From Octopus vulgaris (lineage: Eukaryota): a stretch of DNA of 64,000 bases. Both the position numbers and the translations under genes were made by a program. This document shows, one piece after another, positions 1 to 12,830 of this stretch. Under the pieces are notes generated by a model. That model worked only from the letters and a program-made list of their open reading frames with translations. It did not search any database and was not told the DNA's origin. The stretch spans positions 7,192,001 through 7,256,000 of the forward strand of contig OX597830.1 in assembly GCA_951406725.2 (NCBI GenBank), read 5' to 3'. Numbering within the stretch: the first letter of the stretch is position 1; each line of letters begins with the position of its first letter.

Positions 1-53
1 TATACACATATACATACATATATATGTGTGTATGTGTGTATATATGTATGTAA

Positions 54-104
<51 letters not shown>

Positions 105-461
105 ATTGTGTATGTGAATTCAGTACATATATAGTTTTTTCTGTACATATATATTACATACATTGCATATAAATATATATATGGGGAGAGGGACAGAGGC
201 GGATAGACACTTTTCGAGGTGGGGTGTCAATCGGTACACCATTCCGGAACCTTTAAGATATAGCTGGACCTCTGAATAGCTGATGGGTCCTGAAAAAAAA
301 TAAAAAAAGAACTCGTTTAATTTTCATGGGATTTCCCCCACTTTTCCATTTCTAAAACATTTTTGATTGACCTAGAAAAATTCATGTGCGTGTGTGTGTG
401 TATATGTAAAGATAGATAGATATAGAGAGAGACAGACAGACAGATAGACAGACAGACAGAT

Positions 462-492
<31 letters not shown>

Positions 493-954
493 TAGATAGA
501 TACATAGATAGATAGATAGATAGATAGACAGATAGTTAATCGCATAGGCAGGCATTCTATTTCTCGGTGTATTGTCGCACCTTTACATGTTACCTCTGTA
601 CGTTTGTGCCTACCTTCATACCTTTAATCTATCTACCTAACTACCTACCTCTACCTACCTTATAACTACCTACTTACCTGACTAAATATATTTTCATCCA
701 TCTCTACCTAACGATCTACCTACATTCATATCTACAATCTACCTGTCAACTTACCTGTATATCTATCTATCTATCCATCTATTATCCATCCATCTATCCA
801 TCAATCTACCTATCTATCTTACTACCTACCTCCTATTTACAATTCTCTCCCCCTTAAATTCTACCTCTACATACCTTTATATACTATATATTAACAACCA
901 CTTCTTAGGTACCTTCCTATCATCTAAGTATGTTTCAAATTATACATCCCAACT

Positions 955-1120
955 TAGCGTATTTGAACGTGCATAAGGAACCCCCTTAATTTGGGGGCTT
1001 AAAATTTGGAAGAAAGATTTTGTAAGGTATTATAATATTATCCATGCTCAAGAAACTCCCATATTTTTTAACTCAAGTTTTGAAAAGAAAATGGTTCCTT
1101 ATACACGTTAAAATACGGTA
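955..1120. mobile_element. Tc1/mariner-superfamily (pogo/Tigger-like) MITE, ~165 bp
   Basis: Terminal inverted repeats TAGCGTATTTGAACGTGCATAAGGAACC (955-982) and GGTTCCTTATACACGTTAAAATACGGTA (1093-1120). TA at both ends, CCGTATTT-type terminus, no ORF. Confidence 0.75.
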
Positions 1121-1299
1121 ATACCCAACTATATCACTAGCCATACTCACCCTATTTCTACATAGATAACTTTCTACCAAATGACAAGCAGCGACCAGGC
1201 TCCTTCACATGCTAGAAATAGGTGTGAAATTTCTCTAAATTGACACACTGCCAGATTAACTGTTAAGCATTCAGATATCTATTTATTATTGTTTTTTTA

Positions 1300-1440
1300 T
1301 CTTTTAATTGTTTCAGTCATCAGACAACGGTCAAGCTGGAGTATCGCCTTGAAGAATTTTCAGTCGAATGAATTGACCCCTGGACTTATATTTTAAAACC
1401 TGGTACTGATTTCATCGGTGTATTTCTTGTTGCTAATCTA
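1300..1440 (-). mobile_element. Degenerate 3' part of SINE family A
   Basis: ttgtttcagtcat...gctggagtatcgcc...gtcgaatgaattgaccc matches the reverse-complemented 3' tail of the full copies at 5179-5586 and 32535-32935. Confidence 0.6.
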
Positions 1441-2139
1441 CTCCTGTCAAGTAAAGACAATGTTATTTTAGAACAGTTACGGACAAAACTTGAATAGAAA
1501 TAGTTCAGGTTAAACGGGGAAATGACTGGGTATAACGATGTTTGTGTGTATTATGGGATTAATGTACAGGATGGTCACAATTGGAAAGATTTTTACGTCT
1601 CCATCAACAGAAGTGAACTGGAGCTAACCATGAAATTTATCCATGTAGTTAAGCTATATCAATTCATATATGTATATACACATATACACATATATTTATA
1701 TAGAGTGGGACGGGATAGATCTGTGGCTTTCTCGATCGGGGTCAACATGACTGTTGGAGGTGCATGGAAGATTTTATTAAGATTTATGTGCAACAAATCG
1801 GTTTTTCTACAATACACAAAATATTTAGCAAGTTTATTTTATGCAATCCTTAATTATATATAATTATAAAAATACAAAAGGATTTTATTTAACCCGAATA
1901 AATTAGGAATGAAAAACTAGGCAAAAAAATAGTTGAGAACCACTGGTACAGATAGACTGACTGACAGACAGACAGACAGATAAATAGATGGATGGATGGA
2001 TGGATGGACAGAGAGATTGATAGATAGATAGATAGTCCCATATACTGATTACAAAACACACCCCTACTAACGGTCTATATATTTACTTGTCTATGTTATC
2101 ACTGGCTGAGTAACCAATATGAGAGCGTTGCTACAAATT

Positions 2140-2445
2140 TTATATAGATGTTAGAATGGGATAGAAATTAGGCTACATAACATAAACGGTATTTACTCTA
2201 GATTTCTCAAGGAAAGACTTTACAGAGACGATGGCTTTCAATCGAACATAAAATCAACCAGCATTAAAAGAGATATAGGAAAGACCCTCACAAATTCTTT
2301 TAAGAAACCGAACGTTATAGCTGAGTTTAGTCTTTAAGACAATTAACTTGTTAGATGCAAGACTTATCCTTAATACTTTTATCGTTTATCTCAGCAGAAA
2401 TTCCACGGAATATCTGTATCACGTATTCTAACCGCACACAATATT
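2140..2445 (+). pseudogene. Penelope-like element reverse transcriptase relic
   Basis: Translates, with stops and frameshifts, to DVRMG (2147-2161), LYRDDG (2218-2235) and EIPRNI. These resemble the DVTMG, LYRDDG and IPxxI motifs of invertebrate PLE RTs. Confidence 0.55.
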
Positions 2446-2834
2446 ACAAGCACTTTATTGACACGATTTAAACATTTCTAATGAATCTACTTTCACATGC
2501 AAAATATTACTATGACAATGTGTTTCTCGAATATAATACGATACACCGAAAAAAAAAAGATCGCATGAATCCACAGAAATAAACAATGCAATAAAGACTG
2601 GTTCAATACTCAGTATTGCCAAGAAGCTTAACCTGTAGTTTAATCTTCTTAAAACTGCTAAAACTGCTAAAAACATTTCCTATATTTACACAAATCTTAT
2701 CCGATGTAGGATTGTACCATGTTTAATACTTGATTCTCAACTATGACAACTGGAACACAAACAAACATCTAAAGGGTGTATTTAGCGCTACGTTTAAAAC
2801 TGTTATATATATATATATATATGCACCTCCAACA

Positions 2835-2980
2835 GCCGAGGTCGACTTTGCCTTTCATCCTTTCGGGGTCGATAAATTAAGTACCAGTTACGCACTGGGG
2901 TCGATGTAGTCGACTTAATCCCTTTGTCTGTCCTTGTTTGTCCCCTCTGTGTTTAGCCCCTTGTGGGTAGTAAAGAAATA
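2835..2980 (+). mobile_element. SINE family B, 5'-truncated
   Basis: gccgaggtcgactttgcctttcatcctttcggggtcgataaattaagtacc, a core shared with about 10 other copies in the window. Confidence 0.8.
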
Positions 2981-3100
2981 TATATATATATATATATATA
3001 TATAACGGGTAGGTTTACGAAAATAAACAAAAGACGAAGGCAGTTGGAGTACAAACAAACAAGGTATTAGTATGGCGCTCAGGAATAGAAATGAAACAAG

Positions 3101-3138
3101 TCTTTTACGTTTCGAGCCTACGCTCTTCGACAGAAAGA
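3101..3138 (-). ncRNA. Minimal hammerhead-ribozyme-like motif (PLE type, A6>U core variant)
   Basis: Minus strand reads TCTTT CTGTCGA A GAGC GTAG GCTC GAAA CG TA AAAGA: 5-bp stem I, 4-bp stem II, palindromic ACGT stem III, GUA site. It lies within a ~200-bp insert (3004-3212) in TA-rich repeats. Confidence 0.6.
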
Positions 3139-3501
3139 TACACAGAAGAGAAACAAGGAGAGAAACAAGGAGAGAAAAAAATTGCGTGTAGGGGCTAACG
3201 ATCCAACATGGCGTATATACACATATACATAATACATATATATATGTTTGTGTATATATGTATATGTGTGTGTGTATATGAGTGTGGAAGAGTGCATGTT
3301 TACAAATACAGGTATGTGTGTGTATATATATATAAGCGTCTGTGTGTACATACAAATATATCTAAATATATTCATATGTGTGTATTATATATGTATGTAT
3401 ATATACATGTGTATATATATATGTATGTGAATATTAATGTATGTATGTATGTATGTATATATATATGTATATATATGTATATCTATAAATATATATATAT
3501 A

Positions 3502-3548
<47 letters not shown>

Positions 3549-3709
3549 AAATTTAGAAAAAAACACCTTTTATCACTTCAAAATGTACAATTAAATTACA
3601 CCATCTAGAAAATTACATATAATAGAAATATTAATATTAAAATAAAGATAAAATATCAATGATTAAGTAATTTGCAAAAAAATAATAAAAATGCATATAA
3701 TTGGTAAAA

Positions 3710-3801
3710 TAACGAAAGTGTTTCGTGGCTATATTTAAGAAATGATTGTAGTAGTAGTAGTAAAATCACTTCGATATAAATATAGCCACTCATCAGGTTA
3801 A
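3710..3801 (-). ncRNA. Hammerhead ribozyme motif, left arm
   Basis: Minus strand: TAAC CTGATGA GTGGCTATATTTA..TAAATATAGCCAC GAAA CACTT TC GTTA. Stem II is a perfect 13 bp; stem III is imperfect. Confidence 0.65.
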
Positions 3802-5013
3802 AAATATACTAGAATAATAAAATACTTCATTGATAAATATATATATGCATATAAAATACTAAATGTACATTAAGTGAAAACTAAAAACAATACTTAAATT
3901 ATTAAATACTTTAAAATTAATTAAAATACACAATGCTAGTACAAGTCATTAAATTATAATCAAAATAAGAAATGGTTCAAATATAGACAAACTCATTAAA
4001 TAAGCAAACTATATAATTAATATACATTTAATATATCAATCTATAACATAGCTGACTAAATATCAAATAATATAATACCTAATTAACTTAAAATTTAATA
4101 TTACATAATAAATATGCCACCTAATAATTAAATTATATATTGTCTGACGAAATTAATTCTTAAATAAAATTAAATGTAATACGTCAGATCCCTTAATATA
4201 TATATATATATATATTTTTAAAAACACTAAAGAAATAGATATAAGAATTAATATCTATCGTAACCTATATCTATCAATATATATAAAAACGATATAATGG
4301 CGAGAATTATTTGTTAATGGAAAGTATGAAAAACTTTTCAGCCCCAAAATTAAAGAAAGGTGCAAATATATTAGAACCAATGAACAATACACTATGAAGA
4401 TTTACAATCACAATCACCAGTCCTCTACAAAACAAGTTAATAACAATAATAATAATAACAAGGATCAAACTCAAAATAAGAACAATAGCTAAATAATGTT
4501 GACAAACAAAGTTACTAAGTTCAACGATTAAGTTAATCTATCTGGATTTTAAAGGTATTAATATGCTTTAGTGTCTAATTAATATACCCAATACAATATC
4601 TATTCATGAATAATACAATCAAAAATTGGAAAAAGTTCAAATATACTCAAATCCATTATATTAATATCTACGTATAATATCTATAGATTTAATATATCAC
4701 ACGATAAAAAAAGTTAAACATAAAATTAATATTAAAATAAAAACTAGTTTATTTAAATATAATACTACTTAATAAAAATTTTATCTAATTATTAAAAGAA
4801 ATATAGTTTAACAATATTAATTCTGAAATTAAATAATATGTAAAACGTTAAATTCCTATATAAGAATGAAAACATATATCCAATATCGAACGTAAAAAAT
4901 ACTATCAAGAAACTATAAATAAATAATAATGTTTCTTACTTTCCATTAACAAATAATTCTATATATATTATAGCATATTTATCAATGAATTATTTTATTA
5001 TATTAGTTTATTT

Positions 5014-5103
5014 TTAACCTGATGAGTGGCTATATTTATATCGAAGTGATTTTACTACTACTATTATCATTTCTTAAATATAGCCACGAAACATGTGCGT
5101 TAA
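5014..5103 (+). ncRNA. Hammerhead ribozyme motif, right arm (cleavage triplet damaged)
   Basis: TTAAC CTGATGA GTGGCTATATTTA..TAAATATAGCCAC GAAA CATGTG C GTTAA: 5-bp stem I and 13-bp stem II, but the U of the NUH triplet is missing. Confidence 0.65.
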
Positions 5104-5178
5104 TCTACAAATTATATACGTTTTTATCATTTTTTTTGCATTTTAGTTAATTATTGATATTTTATCGTTTTTCTAATA

Positions 5179-5385
5179 CTCTTTTACTTGTTTCAGTCAT
5201 TTGACTGCGGCCATGCTGGAGCACCGCCTTTAGTCGAGCAAATCGACCCCGGGACTTATTCTTTGTAAGCCCAGTACTTATTCTATCGGTCTCTTTTGCC
5301 GAACCGCTAAGTGACGGGGACGTAAACACACCAGCATCGGTTGTCAAGCAATGCTAGGGGGACAGTCACAGACACACAAACACAT

Positions 5386-5456
<71 letters not shown>

Positions 5457-5586
5457 TACATATATACGACATATGGTCGGCCCGGGGCTATAGCAGAAGA
5501 CACCTGCCCAAGATGCCACGCAGTGCGACAGAACACGGAACCATGTGGTTGGTTAGCAAGCTACTTACCACACAGCCACTCCTGCG
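5179..5586 (-). mobile_element. SINE family A (tRNA-like head, internal microsatellite) with TSD
   Basis: Reverse complement begins cgcaggagtggctgtgtggtaagtagcttg and ends gtcaaatgactgaaacaagtaaaagag. Target-site duplication TCTAATA at 5172-5178 and 5587-5593. Confidence 0.85.
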
Positions 5587-5667
5587 TCTAATATAATATT
5601 TCTATTATATGTAATTTTCTAGATGGTGTAATTGTTCATTTTGAATTGATAAAAGGTGGTTTATTTC

Positions 5668-5746
<79 letters not shown>

Positions 5747-5769
5747 GTATATATATATATATGTATATC

Positions 5770-5805
<36 letters not shown>

Positions 5806-6156
5806 AGTGAGGCATTAACTTTATTTCACTCGTCTCTAACCACGTTCAGTCTAAATTAATATTACTAATACTACTTTCGCCTACACGAACACCAACACAA
5901 TCACAAATCTGACTACTACCACCACCACCACTACTACTACTACTACTACCAATACAAGTACTTGATCTGTTAATATCAGGCACATCGAATTGGATCAGTT
6001 TGGTTATTGAAATGCAAACCACATATGTTTATACGTTTGTACATCTATTAGCGCGGCCTGTGATAAACACACACACAAGGGTAAATCAAAACGTAATGTA
6101 GCTTCTATATTTTTCAATGAAATCATTTAATATTTGGTAGAAATGGAAAGGTTTTA

Positions 6157-6215
<59 letters not shown>

Positions 6216-6216
<1 letters not shown>

Positions 6217-7107
6217 TGTTTGACTTTTGCTTTATGTCTGTACAAGGTGGCTCCAAGTCTCACCCAGAGACCTCAAGAGACAACAGGTTGGAAGTTCTGT
6301 GCCATATATTTGGGGGTTTTTTTGGTGTTGTACTAGTGAATGTCTAATACATAAAAAAAAATAATAAATAAAAAAAATAAAATAAAATAAATAAAAATAA
6401 GAATAAAAAAAAAGTTTGTTTTAAACCTTGGGATTACATAGAGAGTATTTTGCGTAGTATATGAGCAGTTCCCATGAGCACTATCTTTTGAATTTCTGCC
6501 ATTTTGGGGTTTCCTGGTATCTGAGTTAGGTAGCAATCAGTCCCTTTCGCTATCATTCCCAGGGCACCTATGACAACAGGTATTGTTTTAGTCTTCAGCT
6601 TCCACATTTTGCTGATTTCTATTTCAAGATCTTTATATTTGCTCAGTTTTTGGTAAGTCTTGACAGATACGTTTATATCGATTGGGACAGTCATATCAAT
6701 GAGGAGGCATGTTCTTTGTCTGAAGTCTTTCAATATGATGTCTGGCCTATTTGCATCTATCTTCCTGTCAGTTTGAATGGTGAAGTTCCAGAGGAGTGAG
6801 ATGTGGTCATTTTCAAGCACTGGGGGTGGTTTGTGTTCCCACCAGTTTTTTTCATGGGGCAAGTCCAGGTTTTTGCAAATTACCCAGTGAATATATTGTG
6901 CAGCTCTATCATGCCTGTTGAGGTACTCTGTAGGCGCTAGAAGACTGCATTTGGAGACAACATGATCAATGGTTTCATTTTGTTGTCGGCATACACGACA
7001 TGTTGGGCTACTGCCGTTCTTTAATATGTTGGCCTGGTAGTTTCTTGTTGGTAGGCATTGATCTTGAGCTGCTATGATAAACCCCTCTGTTTCAGATTTT
7101 CAGATTT
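6216..7107 (-). mobile_element. 5'-truncated R4/Dong-type non-LTR retrotransposon in a (TAA)n array
   Basis: Flanked by (TTA)n at 6157-6215 and 7107-7188. Contains the ORF C-terminus and a ~220-nt 3' UTR. Confidence 0.85.
6434..7099 (-). CDS. C-terminal fragment of an R4/Dong-type ORF: CCHC zinc knuckle plus PD-(D/E)xK restriction-like endonuclease
   Basis: Uninterrupted frame KSETEGFIIAAQDQCLPTRNY..CRVCRQQNETIDHVVSKC..RHD..RPDII..LIDMTVP..KLSKYKDL..PVVIGALG. No start codon (5'-truncated). Confidence 0.85.
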   Translation of the reverse strand, partial: KSETEGFIIAAQDQCLPTRNYQANILKNGSSPTCRVCRQQNETIDHVVSKCSLLAPTEYLNRHDRAAQYIHWVICKNLDLPHEKNWWEHKPPPVLENDHISLLWNFTIQTDRKIDANRPDIILKDFRQRTCLLIDMTVPIDINVSVKTYQKLSKYKDLEIEISKMWKLKTKTIPVVIGALGMIAKGTDCYLTQIPGNPKMAEIQKIVLMGTAHILRKILSM

Positions 7108-7135
7108 ATTATTATTATTGTTATCGTTATTATTA

Positions 7136-7188
<53 letters not shown>

Positions 7189-7222
7189 TGTTTGGTGTAT
7201 GAATAAAGGGGCTGATATCAAA

Positions 7223-8265
7223 ATGGGTGCCCTGCTGGATATCCGTCAGAATCAAAGGGCAGTAACTGAGTTTCTTTCTACCGAAAGGAAAACTGCTGCA
7301 GACATTCACAAAATACTGGAAACCGTTTACAAAGCTTTAAACTACAGCGATATGTGGAGATACGCTCGCCACCTGAATGAGATTTCAATTGACCAAAACG
7401 AATTGGGAAATTCAGGTTTATCAGACGTGCCTCAAAGATGCCATCCGTCAACTTCTGTCAACTCGGCCAAAAAGGAAACAGCAGACGCTTTAATTTATAG
7501 ATGATAGGTGCATAACCATTGATGAGCTGACATCAAGAACTTGGAGTTAAGGAGTTAAGCATGGTGGTGCTCACGACATTAGCGAGTCACTTGGATATTC
7601 AAAAGTGTGTGTCTTCTGGTTGCTAAAACAAATGAATGCAGCACTGTTGGAATAAAGCCGTTGACCTCAGTGAAAAAGATGAAACCTTCTTCAAAGGATC
7701 ATAGATGGTGATGAAACATGGATTCATTTTTACGAGATGCTTAGCCATATTTCTTCCGTCTTCTCAATCTGACTTCAAATTCCGCCAAAGTCGACTTTGC
7801 CTTTCATCTTTTCGCGGTCGGTAAAGTAAGTACCAGGTGAGTACTGGGGTCGATGCAATTGGCTATGTTTCTCCCCTAAATCGCAGGCCTTGTGCCAATT
7901 TTAGAAAAATTATTATGAACCAGAATCGAAAACCTATCAATGAAACCGGCGTCATGCAACCTCTCCAAAATTTAAAACTTTCAAAGCAGAAAAGTCAACT
8001 GGAAAAATCATGGCGACTGTCTGTTACAATACTCAGGGTGGTATTTTTGTCGATTTCTTGCAAAAAAAAGAGAAACAGTCACCTGTGAATCATGCAGTGA
8101 AATCCTTGAAACAGTTAAAGCAAGAATCCACTCAGGAAGACCGAATTTGAAGTTGACTACAACGCCAGGCCTCACGCAAGCCCTGTAACAAGGGACATCA
8201 CTTTCGGCTGGAGAGCTCTGTCGCATCATTCCTACTTACCAAACTTAGCAACCCCAAAGAAAGAA
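7223..8265 (+). pseudogene. Mariner (Mos1-like) transposase relic interrupted by a SINE
   Basis: N-terminal QRAVTEFL..AADIHK helix-turn-helix region, IDGDETWIHFYE (7701-7736), then YEPESK (7914-7931) after the SINE, followed by STGKIMATV and GIFVDFL-like segments. Many stops and frameshifts. Confidence 0.75.
7737..7913 (+). mobile_element. SINE family B nested in the mariner relic
   Basis: Contains caaattccgccaaagtcgactttgcctttcatc...gtactggggtcgatg and splits the WIHFYE|PES motif, with the YE codons duplicated on both sides. Confidence 0.8.
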
Positions 8266-8296
8266 ACGCTGAGAAACAAACATTGTGGTGATAGAA

Positions 8297-8695
8297 GCAG
8301 GCGTGGCTGCGTGGTAAGAAGTTTGCTTTCTAATCGCATGGTTCAGTGCTGAGTTTCATTCCGTGGCACATTAGACAAGTGTCTTCTACAATAGATTCGG
8401 GCCAACAAAGGTCTAATGAATGGATTTCATAGACGGAAACTTAAAGGAACCTGCTGTGTATATGTGTATATATATATATGAATCTGTGTTTGTGTTTGGG
8501 TGCTTGTGTTTAACCCCTCCGCTGCTTGACACGGGGTGTTCTTATGTTTATGTCCCCGCATAACGATTCGGCAAAAGCAGACCGATAAAATAAGTACAAG
8601 GTTTACAAAATTACTGGGATCGATTCATTCGACTAAAATTCATCACAGCGTTGCCCCAGCATGGTCGTGATCCAATGACTCAAACAAGTAAAAGC
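8297..8695 (+). mobile_element. SINE family A, diverged full-length copy
   Basis: Runs from gcaggcgtggctgcgtggtaag to ccagcatggtcgtgatccaatgactcaaacaagtaaaag. Confidence 0.8.
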
Positions 8696-8780
8696 CCAAA
8701 AGTAAAGATAATATATAAATATATATGTATGTGTGTATATATGTGTGTTAGTGTGTGTATATGTATATGTGTGTGTGTAA

Positions 8781-8815
<35 letters not shown>

Positions 8816-9150
8816 CATGTATATACATAAATATATTTATATATATTTATATATATAATATATAAGTGTATGTGTGTGTATTATGTAACAATGTACTTCC
8901 GGTTATAGAGACCAGACGTTATTTTTGAATCATTTTATTGAAATTTATGAAATTATAGAAAAAAACAATAAAAAACTATGTAAAAGTGCATAAATAAAAC
9001 TTTTGCTGTTGTTTGAAGAAATCATTTCGAAAGCCAAATTATGTAATTCTGTATCTAATTGGAATCTGAAATGTAAGGTACCCGGGAATAAATTAAAACT
9101 TTCTTGGGGATCGGAAATTCATTGAATATAAATTTTAGGAATTACTTCTT

Positions 9151-9192
<42 letters not shown>

Positions 9193-9426
9193 CTGTTTGG
9201 ATTTGTAAGAAAACTGTTTAACTCTGAAAAAGACAATGCAAAGGGGAAGTAAATCTTTCCAAACATACACACACACACACACACACACATATTTATATGT
9301 ATGGATGGATAGATGTTCATTCCATCTCATATTACCACTCATATATATATATAAATTTATAGCGAGAGAGAGAGAGAGAGATGTCTGAGAGTATTACATA
9401 AATATATATATGTATATCTATATATA

Positions 9427-9492
<66 letters not shown>

Positions 9493-9562
9493 CATATGTA
9501 TATATATATATGTATATACATAAACATATATATTTGTATATATATATATGTATATATATGTA

Positions 9563-9623
<61 letters not shown>

Positions 9624-9888
9624 ACTTTATTCTTTACTTTTTTCCCTTGTATTTGCCGAAATAAGGATTTTCGGGTATTCCTTGCATTTTTATAATAATT
9701 TCTTGTCATTATCTGCAGAAATAATAGAAATTTGAATGAAATTCATTCCCATTATATATTTAAATATGATTGGTAAGATTATTATATTTCAAGGTTATCT
9801 TCGATCCCAGAGGTACAGTTTACGGCAAACACATGCTTATTCGCACAGACAGTCACACACGCACAGTCACACACGCACACACACATTG

Positions 9889-9936
<48 letters not shown>

Positions 9937-10884
9937 TTATGCGTACGTGTTTGTGTGTGCGTCTGTGTATGTGTGTGTGTGTGTGTGTGTGTGTAAAATT
10001 ATATATTTTTAAAAAGTACCCGTAAAAGTTAATCTAATATATATACCGTGGGGTAAACTTAATCTCATCATTTTGGGCATAAGCTCTGCTTCAAGACAGA
10101 AAAAGAAGATACTTGAAATAATAAATATCTGTCATTATGGAAGAGTCAATGAGATAATGAAATATGATAGAAGTAGGTAGTGAGATACCGCCCGATTCAA
10201 ATGTTCCAACCGTTCAGACTGGACCATGGCATTGTCCAGTTCTACCTGTATCTCTCACCTTTTTTTTACTCGACCGAAATTTTCATCAACCATTTTAACC
10301 GTTGACTGTTTCTCCATAAGCAAATCCCATGATATCTACCGTCTGCAATATCAATCTCCACAATTCGATCCTTCCTGCTGCTCTGGAAAAATTCCAAACA
10401 AGGAGAGATACTGAGGTTTACCTGCATTGGATTACACTGGATACTCAACAGAGACTCGGAATGCCGTACCGACAATGACTTTTCTGACCTCAAAATATCA
10501 CACGCATCATTGAACTTCCGATCCCCTGCCTGTTCTTGTCGGTTGACTTCCCTATTAGTATGTACCCCTTTTCTTTAAACTACTTCAGTTTCCGTAAGTG
10601 TATGAGGTCTATCAATATGTCACTGGCTGAAATTGTCACACTCCATAACTCCGACACGCTGAATAGCAAGGCCTGAGAAAGAGAATGGCAAAGCCTGTAC
10701 TGTCATTTTATAATTAGCTGAGGTCCTCGGCAATCCAGCAATCCCTACCACTGCCTCAGGCTACCCGTTATATCCACCGCATTCAACAAATTTTCTGTAT
10801 ATCTCAACATCAATTCATCCCCTTAACACTTATCATTTGTATGCCAAGATCCTCCATAATTTACTTCATATAATATATAAATGC

Positions 10885-11047
10885 TTATTCTACCATATAT
10901 ATACGTTTTATTTATTATTTTGCACATTACTTAATCATCGTTATATGTTTTTCTTATATTTAATCTTTCTATACTATGTAATGTTTTAGATGGTATAATA
11001 TAATTTTTCATTATTGAATTGGTAAAAGGTGGGTTTCTTTTCTAATT

Positions 11048-11050
<3 letters not shown>
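10885..11050. mobile_element. Terminal fragment related to the 3545-5675 inverted-repeat element
   Basis: tagatggtataat...gaattggtaaaaggtgggtttcttttctaattta resembles 5620-5675 and ends in (TA)n. Confidence 0.6.
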
Positions 11051-11123
<73 letters not shown>

Positions 11124-11524
11124 TATGTACACATATATATCTATATTGATATATATATATATACATACATACATACATACATACATACATACATACATAC
11201 ATACATACATACATACATACATACATACAAATATGTATATCATTTAATAAAACCAATAAATGTTCTTATGAGCTACTAATAGTTTCATGCGATAAAAACC
11301 TTTCGGATATGTTGGTGCCTTCACCAATCCTCAAGCCGTGCCCAAGTGAGCTCAGCCTAAAGATTGCATAAAGATACCAAACGTGTTCAAAAATTCTCTC
11401 TCAGATGTTTTCCTCGTACGAAACAATAATTAGTTCATAAAAATATATTTTGCGTTTATTCAATAATATTTATCTCTCAACTGATGGAGTACCTTATTCT
11501 TGATCGTACCGTCATGGAACAGCA

Positions 11525-11564
<40 letters not shown>

Positions 11565-11803
11565 TATATATGTATGTGTGTGTTGTATGTATACATCTAT
11601 GTGTGTCTGCGTTTTTGTTCCTATTACCGATTGACGATTGGTGTGGATCTGCTTGTTCAGTGAAGATGATGATGACGATGATGATGATAATGACGACGAC
11701 AACGAGGAGGAGGAGGAGGAGGAGGAAGAAGAAGAAGAAGAAGGGGAAGAGGTGGAATAAGAGGAGGAGGAGGTGGAGGAGGAGGATAAATGTCCTGATG
11801 CAG

Positions 11804-12250
11804 TACTGAGCAGTAGCTTTCATGGCTTCTGATCTTAACTGATTGGATGTGTTACCATGTACATTGATTGTCTTGGAATAAAAGAAAGGCTACAGCAAAT
11901 ATTCTGCTCAATTCCACAGATTTACTTGTCAGTTGTTTGACCTTAACTAGTTTACCATATCCCTTAGTGGCTGATAGTATGTGCACCTCTGGAAACATGG
12001 GTGTTTCATTCAACATCCTTAAACAAACCTTATTCAGGGATCTTTTTAGCGGGATGGGCTATTCGACCTGAAGAAAATTCTACCTGGGTTCCACCTGCAA
12101 AGTCATGTATGGTTATCTTGGTATGAGGTCCCCATGTTGCGCACATATGGTTGTGATGCATGTGCCTGATGTACGCTTATCAGACGGGTAGTCATGATGG
12201 GTATACTGGGCTTTGTATATTTGGGCACGAGTGACAGATGGCTCACGCTG
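11804..12250. repeat. Unclassified interspersed-repeat-like segment between microsatellites
   Basis: Complex, moderate-GC block bounded by simple repeats. No second copy in the window and no recognisable ORF. Confidence 0.3.
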
Positions 12251-12265
12251 CTCTCTAACTCAATA

Positions 12266-12286
12266 TAACTACTACTACTACTACTG

Positions 12287-12345
<59 letters not shown>

Positions 12346-12560
12346 ACTACTACTACTACTACTACTATGACGACGACGACTACAACTACTGCTACTATTA
12401 CTCCAACTACTACTACGACTACTGCTGCTATTACTACTACTACTACTACTACCACTACTACTACTACTACTTCTATTACTATTTCTACTACTACTACTAC
12501 TACTGATAATAATAATAATGATACTGATGATGATGATTATGATATTATGATGATGATGTT
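12266..12560. repeat. Compound (TAC)n/(TGC)n/(GAT)n microsatellite
   Basis: Directly visible trinucleotide tracts. Confidence 0.95.
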
Positions 12561-12783
12561 CACTCCCGTCCAAGACGCAAGGCCTTTATTTGTGGCACAG
12601 GGACCAGTCGATTGCATCGACTCCAGCACTTGACAGGTGTGTGTGTATATATATACATATACATACGTACACACACACATATATATACACACACATGCAT
12701 ATATATGCGTGTATATATATATATATACATACATACTTACATATATGTATAGATAGATATACATATTCACGCAGACACTGTCA

Positions 12784-12830
<47 letters not shown>

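Larger units (their letters stand above)
3545..5675. mobile_element. Inverted-repeat (inverted pLTR-like) Penelope-derived element in (TA)n
   Basis: 3545-3840 is the reverse complement of 4975-5178 plus 5587-5675, and 4302-4330 matches 4930-4960 inverted. Each arm carries a hammerhead core, and (TA)n flanks both sides. Confidence 0.75.

Noticed and set aside
1310-1330. CTGATGA..GAAAC on the minus strand
   Set aside because: Chance variant of the SINE A tail, with no room for stem II.
4140-4190. TCTGACGA...ACGTCAGA
   Set aside because: No GAAA box; explained as a short inverted repeat.
10140-10870. Possible PLE or LINE RT relic
   Set aside because: Only vague similarity by eye; no diagnostic motif could be read.
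11268-11340. Possible hammerhead relic on the minus strand (TTGAGGA..GAAACTATTAGTA)
   Set aside because: The core is altered and stem II does not close at the core junction. Too weak to call, although AACTATTAGTAGCTC recurs at ~27301.
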